Positions 1 to 11,759 are shown, counted from the first letter of the stretch. The stretch: DNA of 64,000 bases from an uncultured delta proteobacterium (GCA_963823335.1 CAWGLD010000001.1:1728001-1792000), one strand, 5' to 3'. The notes: generated from the sequence alone by a model not told the origin. A program made the numbers and translations.

Positions 1-604
1 CATAGTGGCTGCCGGGTATCTACCCGGAAAGGATATCGGTCTGGCACTGGATGCGGCCGCCAGTGAGTTTTATGTTAAGAAAAAATATGTTCTGGCATCA
101 GAGAACAAGAAACTGACCGCCGATGAGATGATCACCTACTATGAGCAATTGATCGACACATATCCCATTTTGTCCATTGAAGATGGACTGGCAGAGCAGG
201 ACTGGGCCGGCTGGGAAATTATGACCGACCGTCTGGAGGGAATGATCCAGATTGTGGGTGACGATATATTTGTGACCAATCCAAAAATATTCAGCAAAGG
301 GATACAGGAAGGTATTGCCAATTCCATATTGATCAAGCTCAACCAGATCGGTACGGTTACGGAAACACTCGATGCCATAGAGATGGCCAAGCAGGCGGGA
401 TATACAACGGTCATATCTCACCGCTCCGGTGAGACAGAGGATACATTCATATCCGACCTGGTGGTCGGTGTAAATGGCGGCCAGATAAAAACAGGATCCC
501 TCTCACGCAGCGATCGAATTGCCAAATACAACCAGCTCATCAGAATTGAAGAAGAGCTTGGCAGTGCGGCATTGTTCTCGGACGAAATATTTATCGCTCA
601 GTGA
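1..604 (+). CDS. eno: Enolase, 3' part (5' end outside window)
   Basis: Motifs [39 protein letters not shown]. Confidence 0.97.
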   Translation, partial: IVAAGYLPGKDIGLALDAAASEFYVKKKYVLASENKKLTADEMITYYEQLIDTYPILSIEDGLAEQDWAGWEIMTDRLEGMIQIVGDDIFVTNPKIFSKGIQEGIANSILIKLNQIGTVTETLDAIEMAKQAGYTTVISHRSGETEDTFISDLVVGVNGGQIKTGSLSRSDRIAKYNQLIRIEEELGSAALFSDEIFIAQ

Positions 605-638
605 ATCTACCCCGTGCTTACGCACGGGGTAGATTCAC
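601..638. repeat. Perfect 17-bp-stem palindrome at eno stop (REP-like or terminator)
   Basis: GTGAATCTACCCCGTGC-TTAC-GCACGGGGTAGATTCAC; no U-tract. Confidence 0.6.
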
Positions 639-717
639 ATTCGGAAAGTACATGGCATTTTGCAGAACGCTGCCTTGGGCGGCTTTAGTTCGCCATTCGT
701 TTTTATTGGCCCCGGGT

Positions 718-840
718 TATTAGCCTGGCAACTAAATAGCGCATAACGTCATGCCGGACTTGATCCGGCATCCAGTCTCTTCCTGGATTCCCGCCTGCGC
801 GGGAATGACAGCTTTAGGGTATTTAATTGTCGGAGTAATA
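718..840. mobile_element. MITE-like element carrying a dRS3/REP-like palindrome
   Basis: Imperfect 21-bp terminal inverted repeats (TATTAGCCTGGCAACTAAATA / TATTTAATTGTCGGAGTAATA, 16/21); internal ATGCCGGACTTGATCCGGCAT and ATTCCCGCCTGCGCGGGAAT hairpins. Confidence 0.6.
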
Positions 841-873
841 TTGTGTCGACATGACGGGATTGGGTTATTTAAG

Positions 874-1758
874 ATGTTTTCAACGTTGCGTTGCATTGTT
901 AATGTAGCAGTTTATCGATGGTTTGCCGCAATACTGATCTGCGCTTTGTTCATGATATTCCCCGGCCAGGGGTCTTATGCATATATCCTGAGGGGACCTC
1001 ACCTGCTCGAGCTGATGACACAGCAGTACGGCAAATCCAAAAGCTTGATGGTGGTTCAAAAGGTTCTGTTTTACGATGCGGTCTCGGGCAAGGTGATCGT
1101 GGAGGCCGATGAAACCCTTCGCTATCTTTTCCCTGATACTTTCCGGTCCGATTCGAACTCTCAGCATGCCTCCAGGGTTCAGCTGGTATCCGGAGGAAAA
1201 ACGCTTACGGTTATCGACCAAAAAATTGTGGCAAACGATGAAACTTTATTTGACTTGTATAAGGACATTCTTTTATACCGGTCCAGGGAATCGTTGGGGA
1301 AAAGACTGGCTGCCGCCGGCGTCGACACCTCACTTACCTGCCTGGGTCGGTTCGAAGGCCGTATCGCCGTGATACTGGGTTCCGAACAACCGGGCGAAGG
1401 GGTCTCCCAGGTGTGGGTGGACAAGGAAACATTTCAACCCATGCGCTGGGTGCTGGTGGACGGAACAGATGATACGCCGGGAATGGTCGTGGAGATTCGA
1501 TACAATGACTGGCGGCAGGTCAATCGCAGCTGGTATCCCATGCACGTCGCTATTTACAAAGATGGCGGGATGGTGAGGGAAATCAGGGTGGAATCACTGC
1601 GCGTGAATCCTTCTTTTCCAAGAGAACTCCTGGATGCCGAACAGCTGGAGAGCAAGTATTTCCATTCAATGCCCGAAAAATCGGATACGTCTGTGGAAGG
1701 TGAGCTGAGCGAAATCGAGAAAACGATTAATGAATTCAGAAAACGAATAGAAGAATGA
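874..1758 (+). CDS. Exported LolA-like / outer-membrane lipoprotein-sorting-fold protein
   Basis: Signal-like N-terminus, WVDKETFQPMR and RYNDWRQV..WYP patterns; start moved to ATG 874 because the first ORF codons lie in the MITE. Confidence 0.65.
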   Translation: MFSTLRCIVNVAVYRWFAAILICALFMIFPGQGSYAYILRGPHLLELMTQQYGKSKSLMVVQKVLFYDAVSGKVIVEADETLRYLFPDTFRSDSNSQHASRVQLVSGGKTLTVIDQKIVANDETLFDLYKDILLYRSRESLGKRLAAAGVDTSLTCLGRFEGRIAVILGSEQPGEGVSQVWVDKETFQPMRWVLVDGTDDTPGMVVEIRYNDWRQVNRSWYPMHVAIYKDGGMVREIRVESLRVNPSFPRELLDAEQLESKYFHSMPEKSDTSVEGELSEIEKTINEFRKRIEE

Positions 1759-3414
<1,656 letters not shown>

Positions 3415-3613
3415 TGTGGCCGTTCCAAGTGCATATCTAAACCGGTGTTTGCAAAAAATTGTCATGGTGGTGGCGGTACCTCCCTTGACACGAAACTTTT
3501 TAAAGCTCATCACCGAAAGACTGCGCCAGACAAACGTCAGGTTTGAAAAATCGGTCCTTAGGGGGCGTGAAACGGAACTCTTTTTGCGTGGGCGCAGCTG
3601 ACAGGGGAAAAGA

Positions 3614-4384
3614 ATGCAAAGCAGAACATCTGGATCACTGGATTTTGCCACCGGCAGTTGGCCGCTCCGTGCAGACAAGCCAACACTGGTGTTTATCCAC
3701 GGCTCTTCCCAGAATCGTCTTTTCTGGCGGAGGCAGGTACAGGACCTGGTGGACGTGGCCAACACCATTGCCGTCGATCTGCCCGGACATGGGACCAGCC
3801 CGGGCCCCGGGAAAAATCATGTGACCGACTATGTCCAGGACGTGATGGATTTTATCGATGAGCTGAAAATCCCCCGTCCCATTTTGTGTGGTCTCAGTCT
3901 GGGAGGCGCCATCACCCTGGAACTGCTCATCGACCATGGCGAGCGTTTTTCGGCCGGCATTCTTATGAACACCGGTGCCAGACTGAAGGTCAACCCCCTC
4001 ATATTCGAGACCATTCAAAAAGATTTTAACATGTTTTTAGCGTCAATCATGAGCATGGGAATTTCTGCAAAAAGTGACCCAGACAAACTTGGACCGGCTA
4101 TCCAGGAAGCTTCCACTTGCCTACCCGAAGTGGCCTTGGGTGATTTTCAGGCCTGCAACCACTTCGATGTTTCGGACAGGCTGCATCTCATCAAGACCCC
4201 GGTTCTGGTGTTGACAGCTGTCGATGACGTCCTGACGCCGGTCAAATATGGTCTTTACATGGCTGAAAAGATCGCCGGGGCAAGCGTGCATACCATCGCA
4301 GATGCCGGACATTTGTCGCCCCTGGAAAAACCGGATGAAGTGAACAGTGCCATACGGGATTTTGTGCGCCAGCTTCCGGACTGA
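3614..4384 (+). CDS. Alpha/beta-fold hydrolase
   Basis: FIHG, DLPGHG, GLSLGG nucleophile elbow, AGH. Confidence 0.9.
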   Translation: MQSRTSGSLDFATGSWPLRADKPTLVFIHGSSQNRLFWRRQVQDLVDVANTIAVDLPGHGTSPGPGKNHVTDYVQDVMDFIDELKIPRPILCGLSLGGAITLELLIDHGERFSAGILMNTGARLKVNPLIFETIQKDFNMFLASIMSMGISAKSDPDKLGPAIQEASTCLPEVALGDFQACNHFDVSDRLHLIKTPVLVLTAVDDVLTPVKYGLYMAEKIAGASVHTIADAGHLSPLEKPDEVNSAIRDFVRQLPD

Positions 4385-4429
4385 TATCTGAAATCATGAA
4401 ACACGCACGTTGGGTGAAAGAGAGAAGAC

Positions 4430-4585
4430 ATGGGTGAGGAGAGAGGTGGAAAAGACCGTCGTTCCGGAAAGGAAAGACGCAAGGGCGGGAGCTCGGGTTA
4501 CAAGGGCCCGGAGCAAAGAAGTCAGAAATACCGCAGAAGCGATGTCGAAAGACGAAAAAGACAACCAAAAGAGATTAATAAATGA
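4430..4585 (+). CDS. 51-aa Arg-rich microprotein (DRRSGKERR...YKGPEQR), not in ORF track
   Basis: Translated by hand: MGEERGGKDRRSGKERRKGGSSGYKGPEQRSQKYRRSDVERRKRQPKEINK; stop overlaps yedF start (ATGA). Confidence 0.7.
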   Translation: MGEERGGKDRRSGKERRKGGSSGYKGPEQRSQKYRRSDVERRKRQPKEINK

Positions 4586-5193
4586 CCCAAACGATAGATG
4601 CCAGGGGATTGGCCTGCCCCGCACCGGTATTGATGGCCAAAGAGGCCGTGGAGAAGAACCATCTGGATGCGTTGGAGGTGCTGGTGGACAATGAGGCCGC
4701 CCGGGAAAATGTGTCCCGTTATCTGGGATACCAACGGTTTTCCATCAGCGCGGTGCCGGACGGAAATGATTTTAAAATCAGCGCCCGGCGTGAGGGTGAT
4801 GCACCGGAAGCCATCCAGGAGCCGGAATTTTCTTGTAAGGCCTCCACCGAGCACACACAGAGGATCATGGTTCTGATCGCCACCGACCGCCTGGGGTCCG
4901 GTGATGATGAACTGGGCCGGAAACTGTTGATCAGTTTCATTAAAACCCTCAAGGAGATGGGGGATGAACTCTGGCGTCTGGTGCTGGTAAACAACGGTGT
5001 CAAGTTAACCATTGCAGGCTCACCTGTGCTGGCGGATCTGATGGTTTATGAAAAAGAGGGCCTGACGATTCTGGTCTGCGGTACCTGTCTGACCCATTTC
5101 GATTTGCTTGAAGCCAAACGGGTAGGGGTAACCACCAATATGCTGGATATCGTCACGGCCATGCAGTTGGCGGACAAGGTTATCAATATTTAA
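4582..5193 (+). CDS. yedF: Sulfurtransferase-like selenium metabolism protein YedF (TusA + DsrE domains)
   Basis: IDARGLACPAPV N-terminus; GSGDDELG, NNGVKL, CGTCL. Confidence 0.9.
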   Translation: MTQTIDARGLACPAPVLMAKEAVEKNHLDALEVLVDNEAARENVSRYLGYQRFSISAVPDGNDFKISARREGDAPEAIQEPEFSCKASTEHTQRIMVLIATDRLGSGDDELGRKLLISFIKTLKEMGDELWRLVLVNNGVKLTIAGSPVLADLMVYEKEGLTILVCGTCLTHFDLLEAKRVGVTTNMLDIVTAMQLADKVINI

Positions 5194-5199
5194 CCTGTT

Positions 5200-5322
5200 C
5201 CTTGTAACCGGAATAAACGCCATTCTTGCCCGCCAGCCGCCCATTTTCACCTGGGTTAAAGCAAAATAGGTTTTCCCGGCTTCAAGATCAGCTTCGAGAC
5301 CGCGTTTGTTTTTATTGGTCAT
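5200..5322 (-). pseudogene. Remnant resembling the C-terminal part of a DUF2846-type lipoprotein
   Basis: LEADLEAGKTYF...KMGGWRAR..FIP; no N-terminus. Confidence 0.35.
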
Positions 5323-5335
5323 GAAATGTTCTGAG

Positions 5336-6190
5336 CTAACCCAGGTTGATTAGAAAAACGGACACACTTGCCAGGGCCAGGAATGCGTAGTTGGCCGGAC
5401 GCAGTTTCTCGTGCCAAACTAGCAGACTTGCCAGGGTCGTGAGGGCAATGACTCCCAGACCCAGCATAGGATAAGCCACCGAGCCGGGTAGATAGGTCAG
5501 GGTACGGATCCAGAAATACGTGGTCAGGACATTCGTAATCCCAAGAACGGCGCCCCAGAAAAGACACTGTCTGCCGGGCCGGGTGCCTTTGAAGAGTTGG
5601 GGAAAGGTGAGAAACAGCGCCGTACCGAAAATGGTGGCCATGAAACTGCCGGGATTGGTCAAGGGCTCCAGTTCAGCCTGGATTTTAAAAGTGAAATCCG
5701 TCAAACCGTAAACCGCAAAGAGCAGCATTCCCCAGAGCATGCCTTTCCAGACCTCTTTGCCGGCCTGACTGAAACGCATGGGTTCTTTACTTGCCAGAGG
5801 TAAACAGGCAAAGGCCAGGACGAGCCCCAGAACCTGATAGAGATTCGTGTGCTCGGCGAAGAAGATCAGGGAACCCAGGGTGGGGAGGGCTGAGGACAAA
5901 CGCATCAGGGTTGTGGAGAGGGCCAGCCCCGCAACCGAAATGGACCGGTTGAAGAGCCAGAGCGAGAGCACATACATCACACCGATAAAGATGCCCAGAG
6001 CCCAGATAAAGAGCGAATTTGAAACAGGTTTTTGCCAGATGCTCCCCGTAAGAAGGGTCAGGAGGCACACGATATAGTTGACGGCCAGAAATTGCCCCAG
6101 CCTCAGTTTATTGGCATTGGCAACCTTCATGGTAATGGCCACGCCACTGGAACAAATGACGGCCAGGATTAAAAATGTTATGCCGCGCAT
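5336..6190 (-). CDS. DMT/EamA family transporter
   Basis: About 10 hydrophobic segments in two repeats, FFAE and WHEKL motifs. Confidence 0.85.
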   Translation of the reverse strand: MRGITFLILAVICSSGVAITMKVANANKLRLGQFLAVNYIVCLLTLLTGSIWQKPVSNSLFIWALGIFIGVMYVLSLWLFNRSISVAGLALSTTLMRLSSALPTLGSLIFFAEHTNLYQVLGLVLAFACLPLASKEPMRFSQAGKEVWKGMLWGMLLFAVYGLTDFTFKIQAELEPLTNPGSFMATIFGTALFLTFPQLFKGTRPGRQCLFWGAVLGITNVLTTYFWIRTLTYLPGSVAYPMLGLGVIALTTLASLLVWHEKLRPANYAFLALASVSVFLINLG

Positions 6191-6420
6191 GACATCCTTT
6201 TGCTGAATTTATCGTGTACCATGTTTGCAGGCTATTCCAAATATTTTATGAAACCTGACAAAGAATTCTTTAATTGCCTTTGGATATTAGCAAATTGTCA
6301 AGATATTGCAAATCAATCAAAAGGGTGCAGTTCGTCATACAGGAATGGCTGTCTGTTTGACTTGTCACGTTTCACCCTTCGCGCTTTTCTGATCAGCCTT
6401 GGCAGTAAAATCCTGCGGCT

Positions 6421-7311
6421 TCAGGCTGAAATGTCTTGCGCTGGAACCGATACGGTTTGTAAATGCTCGGGTGAGGCGTTCCGACCGATTTTTTTGCGTT
6501 CGGATGCAAGCATTTCCGTAAACCGCAAGCCATCCTGGTAGGCATATCCGAGAAACGCCTCTTCGGAATCAAATTCGGCATTTGCAGTCATAAGCTCCAT
6601 GCTCACGCACCTGTCATAGGCGGATCGTGCCATGACCGCTGCCAGCCCCTTCCAATCCACCGTACCACTGAAGAGCGGTTTGTGCTGATCAGATAAGCCG
6701 TCATTGTCATGCAGGTGAATTGAGATGAGACGGTCCTTGACCGCTTCAAGGTCTGTAAATGCCTTGTCATAAAGATTCCCGTGACCAGAATCGTAGCAGA
6801 AACCTAAAAAATCGGGACTATACTCTGAAAAGAGTTTTTGGATATGTAAAAAGTTGCTCCTGTTCAGATTCTCAAGGGCGATTTTGACCCCCTGAATTCG
6901 GGCATAAACCTGCAGTGAGTCCAGTGATTTTCGGACCTGCCTGCCAAAGAGTATCTTTTCCGTCGCTTCCGACGGTTCACCCGGCACATGCAGGATCACG
7001 ACACCACTGTTGAGCCGGGCTGCCATTTCGATCCTGTTTTTGACCAATGCCACCCCTGCCAGCCGCTCATATTCCCGCAGGGAGTAATATTTTTTTTCAA
7101 CCCCGGAAGAGGCGTGCAGGTCGAGAAGCGCAAGACCATATTCTTTCAACCACGCTTCTATACGATCCACTTCGCATCTGGAGTAGATAAAATCGGTGTT
7201 GAAGTGATAGGCCCAGTGAACATGACTGAACCCGGCGTCGGCAATACGACGGAGATAGGGTTCCGGGCACCCTTCGCTTGTCAGATAATCGGCAGTTATG
7301 GAAAGTTTCAT
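6421..7311 (-). CDS. Sugar-phosphate isomerase/epimerase (TIM barrel)
   Basis: IALEN, CYDSGHGN, HLHDNDG..DQH; start at MKLSITAD after GAAGGA. Confidence 0.85.
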   Translation of the reverse strand: MKLSITADYLTSEGCPEPYLRRIADAGFSHVHWAYHFNTDFIYSRCEVDRIEAWLKEYGLALLDLHASSGVEKKYYSLREYERLAGVALVKNRIEMAARLNSGVVILHVPGEPSEATEKILFGRQVRKSLDSLQVYARIQGVKIALENLNRSNFLHIQKLFSEYSPDFLGFCYDSGHGNLYDKAFTDLEAVKDRLISIHLHDNDGLSDQHKPLFSGTVDWKGLAAVMARSAYDRCVSMELMTANAEFDSEEAFLGYAYQDGLRFTEMLASERKKIGRNASPEHLQTVSVPAQDISA

Positions 7312-7460
7312 CGACGTTCCTTCATCAGTATCCTCATAGGTGCCTGCACCCGTGACCAGCAGATCCACGCCTTTCCCTTTGTTATATAACTTGCCTATAT
7401 GTCTTAAACTTTAAGTATAACGTGCATACGCAATTTTTCGATTGTTTGCAACCGGCCATG

Positions 7461-7542
7461 TTGAAACACGCAGCAAGCCAAGAGGAATCTTTGACCATAA
7501 GCAATTTTGTCTGATTCAGATTCGCTCGCTGTTGCGGTTCAG
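7461..7542 (-). repeat. Copy of TTGAACCG..TTCAA palindromic element
   Basis: Reverse complement aligns to 36966-37084 with one hairpin deleted. Confidence 0.7.
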
Positions 7543-7720
7543 GTTCAGGATTGCGAGATCGAAATCTGTCCAGGATAGCGCCCATCTGAACGATTAACCA
7601 TTGACAAGCCATTTCCAGGATACTACCTAAATAAAAGCATTTTTTAATATCATATGGTTGTTTTCAATACTCCTCAGGTGCAACCCCGATATCTTTCCAT
7701 CTCTTAAACAGGAGCCGTTT

Positions 7721-8806
7721 GTGAAACAGTTAAAAGGACATCTGGAAATTCTGGACCGGGGCTTCGGTTTTTTACGGTCTCTCGAAAAAAACTTTTCGCC
7801 AGGCACGAATGACACCTTTGTGCCTGAGGCGCTGATAAAAAACCACAACCTTCCCGAAGGGGGGTATATTGAAGGCAGGGGCAAGAAACAGGACGCCGGC
7901 AGCCCGAACGCACAGCTGCATTCTGTGGAAACCATCAATCAGATTCCGTTGAGCAATTTTTCCGGATTTAAACCACTCCAGGATCAAACCAGCATCAATC
8001 CCACAAAACAGTTGATCATGACCCAGGCGGACAATGATTTTACCGGCAGGACCCTCGACATGTTCAGCCCCATCGGTAAGGGGCAGCGCGGGTTGATCAT
8101 CTCACCGCCTAAATCAGGAAAAACCACCATACTAAAGCACATGGCCGCGTCCATTATTGCCAATCATCCGGATGTGGACGTATTTATTCTGCTGGTCGAC
8201 GAACGTCCCGAGGAGGTAACGGATTTCAAAAGAGGCCTCAAAGGGGCGCATGTAATTTATTCTTCTGCGGATCAAAGTATCGCGATGCACATGCGTATGA
8301 CACGGCTGGCCCTGCACACTGCCATCCTTTGTGCTGAAACAGGCCGGGACAGTGTGGTTCTGATCGATTCGTTGACGCGCATGTCACGGGCATTCAATGT
8401 GGAAACCCCAAGCTACGGGCGGACCATGACCGGTGGCCTAGGGGCCGGTGCACTGGCCGTACCAAGAAAAATCTTCGGTGCCGCACGTAATGTCGAAGGC
8501 GGCGGATCGCTGACCATAATTGCAACCATTCTGGTGGATACCGGATCGAGAATGGACGATATCATCTACCAGGAATTCAAAGGCACCGGCAATTCCGATA
8601 TCGTGCTCAGTCGGAAATGTGCTGAAAATCGAATCTGGCCTGCTGTCAACCTCAACGCATCAGGCACACGCCGGGAGGAGCTTCTCCTGAGCGACGAGAC
8701 ATATCAGGAGGTGACCAGGATCCGGAGTCTGCTTTCATCCCTGGATGAGACCACCGCCATGTCGACCCTGCTGGAGTATTTTCAGCGGGATAGTAAAAAT
8801 TCGTAA
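7721..8806 (+). CDS. rho: Short transcription termination factor Rho homolog (361 aa)
   Basis: [54 protein letters not shown] start after AGGAG. Confidence 0.9.
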   Translation: MKQLKGHLEILDRGFGFLRSLEKNFSPGTNDTFVPEALIKNHNLPEGGYIEGRGKKQDAGSPNAQLHSVETINQIPLSNFSGFKPLQDQTSINPTKQLIMTQADNDFTGRTLDMFSPIGKGQRGLIISPPKSGKTTILKHMAASIIANHPDVDVFILLVDERPEEVTDFKRGLKGAHVIYSSADQSIAMHMRMTRLALHTAILCAETGRDSVVLIDSLTRMSRAFNVETPSYGRTMTGGLGAGALAVPRKIFGAARNVEGGGSLTIIATILVDTGSRMDDIIYQEFKGTGNSDIVLSRKCAENRIWPAVNLNASGTRREELLLSDETYQEVTRIRSLLSSLDETTAMSTLLEYFQRDSKNS

Positions 8807-8850
8807 ATCTACTCTCCATATCCCGGCGGAAGGTCGGAACCCTTAAGTTC

Positions 8851-8908
8851 TTGAACCGCAACAGCGAGCGCATCAAAATTAGATAGAGTTCCTTCTAACA
8901 GAGAATTA
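8851..8908 (+). repeat. Deleted copy of TTGAACCG palindromic element
   Basis: TTGAACCGCAACAGCGAGCG-CATCAAAATTAGATAGAGTTCCTT matches 36966-37084. Confidence 0.6.
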
Positions 8909-9057
8909 AATGTCTTGTTTCGTCTGGACATGGTGAAGATACGAAGAGAGCCAAATGTCAATATATCACCATCGTCCCCAAGTTGTACATAGAACCCGTT
9001 AAATGAGGTCGCGAACGATGCGTATGCGCCGCTGCTGAACTGGAGTGTTACGTACAG

Positions 9058-9222
9058 CTCCAACAAAACGGTAGATATCAGGCCCCTGAAATTTTACCGG
9101 TGTGCGATTATAATAACAACAGACCAAATATTGCATTCATAGGGTCTCCCGTGGTACCGTGGGAATGACCAAATGTTATCGGCAATTATAAGGGAGAGAT
9201 TGATAACTGGACTTATCTCCAT
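9058..9222 (-). repeat. TGGAG-bounded spacer, type A (165 bp)
   Basis: Minus strand ATGGAGATAAGTCCAGTTATCAA...TGATATCTACCGTTTTGTTGGAG; homologous to 33708-33872 and 35330-35496. Confidence 0.9.
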
Positions 9223-9291
9223 GTATCTTTAACCAGCTGTAAAGAAGGCTAAATAACCAACAGATAGTTCAAATATCAGGAGGGGGAACGA

Positions 9292-10089
9292 ATGAAAAAC
9301 AATTTAAGCAAATTGAATGCATGGCTGAGATGTGGCATATTCGTTTTTTTAGGGTTGTGGATGATCCTGGGTAGCAACCCAGCCTATGCTGAATGGAATT
9401 TTGGCATCGGAACCGGTCTTTCCAGGTTAAGTATTAACGGTGATATGGGGTGGGAAACGAAGTTGGCTGGTCCCGTGAAAGCGGATGTGGATCTTTCACC
9501 AAGTGATACTAGCGATCTTATGGAATCAGCCTTTGGATTTGGCGGTTATGCAACCAACGGCACTTGGACCATCAACTATTCCTTTTTGCAGTTGACGTTA
9601 GGCGACGAGGGTAAAGCGTCACTGCCTGACGGCTCCAAACTAAAGTTTGATATGGACTTTGAAGTAACCAGTGCAGTAATGCTCGTCACGCGGAATGTTT
9701 ATAAATCAGAACATATCCATCTGGGATTGCAGGGGGGTCTCCGTTACACCAAACATGACCTTACAACAAAACTCGAATTCGGCGGTAATAAAATTAAGAA
9801 CAATCCTGATAACGATTGGATAGATGCAGTGATCGGTGCAACCCTTACGGTGCCGATCACCGATAAATGGAGCTGGAACAATGTTGCCAACGCCGGATAC
9901 GGTGGGTCTGATGGAACCTATTTTGGCTCTACGGGTATAACCTGGCGTTTCCTGAAGCATTGGTCAGCAACGGCTTCCGGTACGTATACCGCCGTCGATT
10001 TTGAGGAAGGCAATAAGGGTGACTCGGATTGGTATCGATATGATGTCGACGAGACTACCTATGGCATCACCATTCTTTTCAACTGGTAA
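9292..10089 (+). CDS. Outer-membrane beta-barrel protein
   Basis: Signal peptide ending AYA, alternating beta strands, aromatic C-terminus FNW; RBS AGGAGG. Confidence 0.8.
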   Translation: MKNNLSKLNAWLRCGIFVFLGLWMILGSNPAYAEWNFGIGTGLSRLSINGDMGWETKLAGPVKADVDLSPSDTSDLMESAFGFGGYATNGTWTINYSFLQLTLGDEGKASLPDGSKLKFDMDFEVTSAVMLVTRNVYKSEHIHLGLQGGLRYTKHDLTTKLEFGGNKIKNNPDNDWIDAVIGATLTVPITDKWSWNNVANAGYGGSDGTYFGSTGITWRFLKHWSATASGTYTAVDFEEGNKGDSDWYRYDVDETTYGITILFNW

Positions 10090-10141
10090 TAGTGTAGACT
10101 GCATATATTCAGATCATACGCTGCACTGATTACGGGAAAAC

Positions 10142-10170
10142 TGATACTTGGACTTATCTCCATCAATCAC
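10142..10170 (-). repeat. TGGAG spacer left-end motif only
   Basis: Minus strand GTGATTGATGGAGATAAGTCCAAGTATCA. Confidence 0.75.
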
Positions 10171-10547
10171 CCCCCCCCCTCCACCCGAAATGTCGTCTGG
10201 CCACAAAATGTAGCGGTACTTGGAATTAGCCTCGATCCAAGTTTTTGGCAAATGTAAACACAGATTTTGACAAAGCAGGAATTGTCTATACATTTTAGAG
10301 ATTGCGGCATCCAAAATGACGTCGGGATGTTTTTAGGAAAATATTATAGGTCACATTTTTTCTATAAAGTTTTTAACCACAAAAACTAAGAAAAAGACTC
10401 TATATTTCTTGGTTAATTGATGGATATATTTTTCAGTCGTTACGCAATGCGGCTTTTCATGTGTACTTTCAACATCAACAGTAGGTTTGTAATACACAGT
10501 CGCATTTAGAATGCTAAATTTAATAGTAGCCGTGGGCAATTCTGTGG

Positions 10548-11183
10548 TTACTCAATCTTTTTAATATTCAATCCAGGGTAAAGTTTTTTTGTACATTCTG
10601 GACAGATACTATGGGTAAATTCTGCCTCTGAATGATCTCTGATATATGATTCAATTTGATTCCAGTATCCCTTGTCATCACGGATATTTTTACAGGATGA
10701 ACAAATCGGCAGGAATCCTCTTAATTTTTTAACTTCAGCCAAGGCATTTTGCAATTCATCGATCAATCGTTCCCTTTCTTTTTCGGTGGATTTTCGTTTG
10801 CTAATATCATGAATAACTGAACAAAGTAGAAACTTTTTTCCAATAACAATAGGACCACTAAATACTTCCACATCTTTAATCACCCCATTAGAAAGGCGAT
10901 GCTTAAAATTGAAATAATTCCTCTTTTCAGATTTGGCCCTATCCATCTCCATAAATATTTCTTTCCTAGAGCGCGTGTTAATATCTGTAATTTTCAATTT
11001 TATTAGTTCATCTTTTGTATAACCGTAAAACAAACAAGCCGAAGGATTCGCATCATTGATGGCACCGGTTTCTGGATCAATCAAAAGCATAACCGAATAG
11101 TTATTTTCAAATAAGGATCTATATAGTTGTTCTCTATCGGAATCATTTCGTTCTAATTCTTTATGTGCATGATTTGAAGCCAT
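10548..11183 (-). CDS. PAS-domain protein with C-terminal LPICxxCK...HxICPxC domain
   Basis: PAS (DANPSACLFYGY, DISKRK), coiled coil, Cys/His tail. Confidence 0.85.
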   Translation of the reverse strand: MASNHAHKELERNDSDREQLYRSLFENNYSVMLLIDPETGAINDANPSACLFYGYTKDELIKLKITDINTRSRKEIFMEMDRAKSEKRNYFNFKHRLSNGVIKDVEVFSGPIVIGKKFLLCSVIHDISKRKSTEKERERLIDELQNALAEVKKLRGFLPICSSCKNIRDDKGYWNQIESYIRDHSEAEFTHSICPECTKKLYPGLNIKKIE

Positions 11184-11217
11184 AATTTTCCCTTCAGTTA
11201 GAAAGTATCACTTTGAT

Positions 11218-11300
11218 ATGGAGAACATTTCCACCTTTGCACAATTGCGGGTAACATCATTATCAGCTTTTTCAGCCGGACAAATTATGCTGATGTGGAG
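11218..11300 (+). repeat. TGGAG-bounded spacer, type C (83 bp)
   Basis: ATGGAGAACATT...TTTGC...GTGGAG; similar to 11796-11875. Confidence 0.65.
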
Positions 11301-11369
11301 ACATCTGGTTCAGAAACACAACGCATTAGCAATCGTGATATGCTGTCTCAATTTGTTGCTATTTTCCAT

Positions 11370-11759
11370 CTATTTTTTATTTCTAAGCCATTGTAGTGCC
11401 TTCTCTCGTTCTCTAAAAATATCTATATATTGGGAAGAACTATGAGCAAAGGCACTGTACATCCTGGCTAAACCAAAATTTAGTATTTTAGGAGCATATA
11501 TAGCAGTTTTTTTCATATAAGTATTATTATTCTCTGTGGCCATATCATTAAAATAGTAAGCAAGTGCTTTTATTCCATCATTTGAAAGACTGCTTAAATC
11601 GGCTTCGCTTAAATCAGCAAGCTCATTTTTGTCTGGTCTCCAGACACCACTATTAAAAATAGATTTCCAGTCATTCAATAAATCCGCATCTGCTATTGCC
11701 CCTTTATAATGACTTACGAAATAGTCAGCCTCATGATTTATTTCAATTGTAATCGACAT
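11370..11759 (-). CDS. Small STAS/SpoIIAA-like protein
   Basis: LADLSEAD, KTAIYAP..FGLARMY, IFREREKALQWL; RBS GGAGG. Confidence 0.7.
   Translation of the reverse strand: MSITIEINHEADYFVSHYKGAIADADLLNDWKSIFNSGVWRPDKNELADLSEADLSSLSNDGIKALAYYFNDMATENNNTYMKKTAIYAPKILNFGLARMYSAFAHSSSQYIDIFREREKALQWLRNKK

Noticed and set aside
8809-9066. 85-aa minus-strand ORF
   Set aside because: Starts inside the type A spacer and runs through a palindromic-element copy; probably spurious.
10170-10179. C10 tract as a phase-variation switch
   Set aside because: Intergenic, with no recognisable gene or promoter spanning it.
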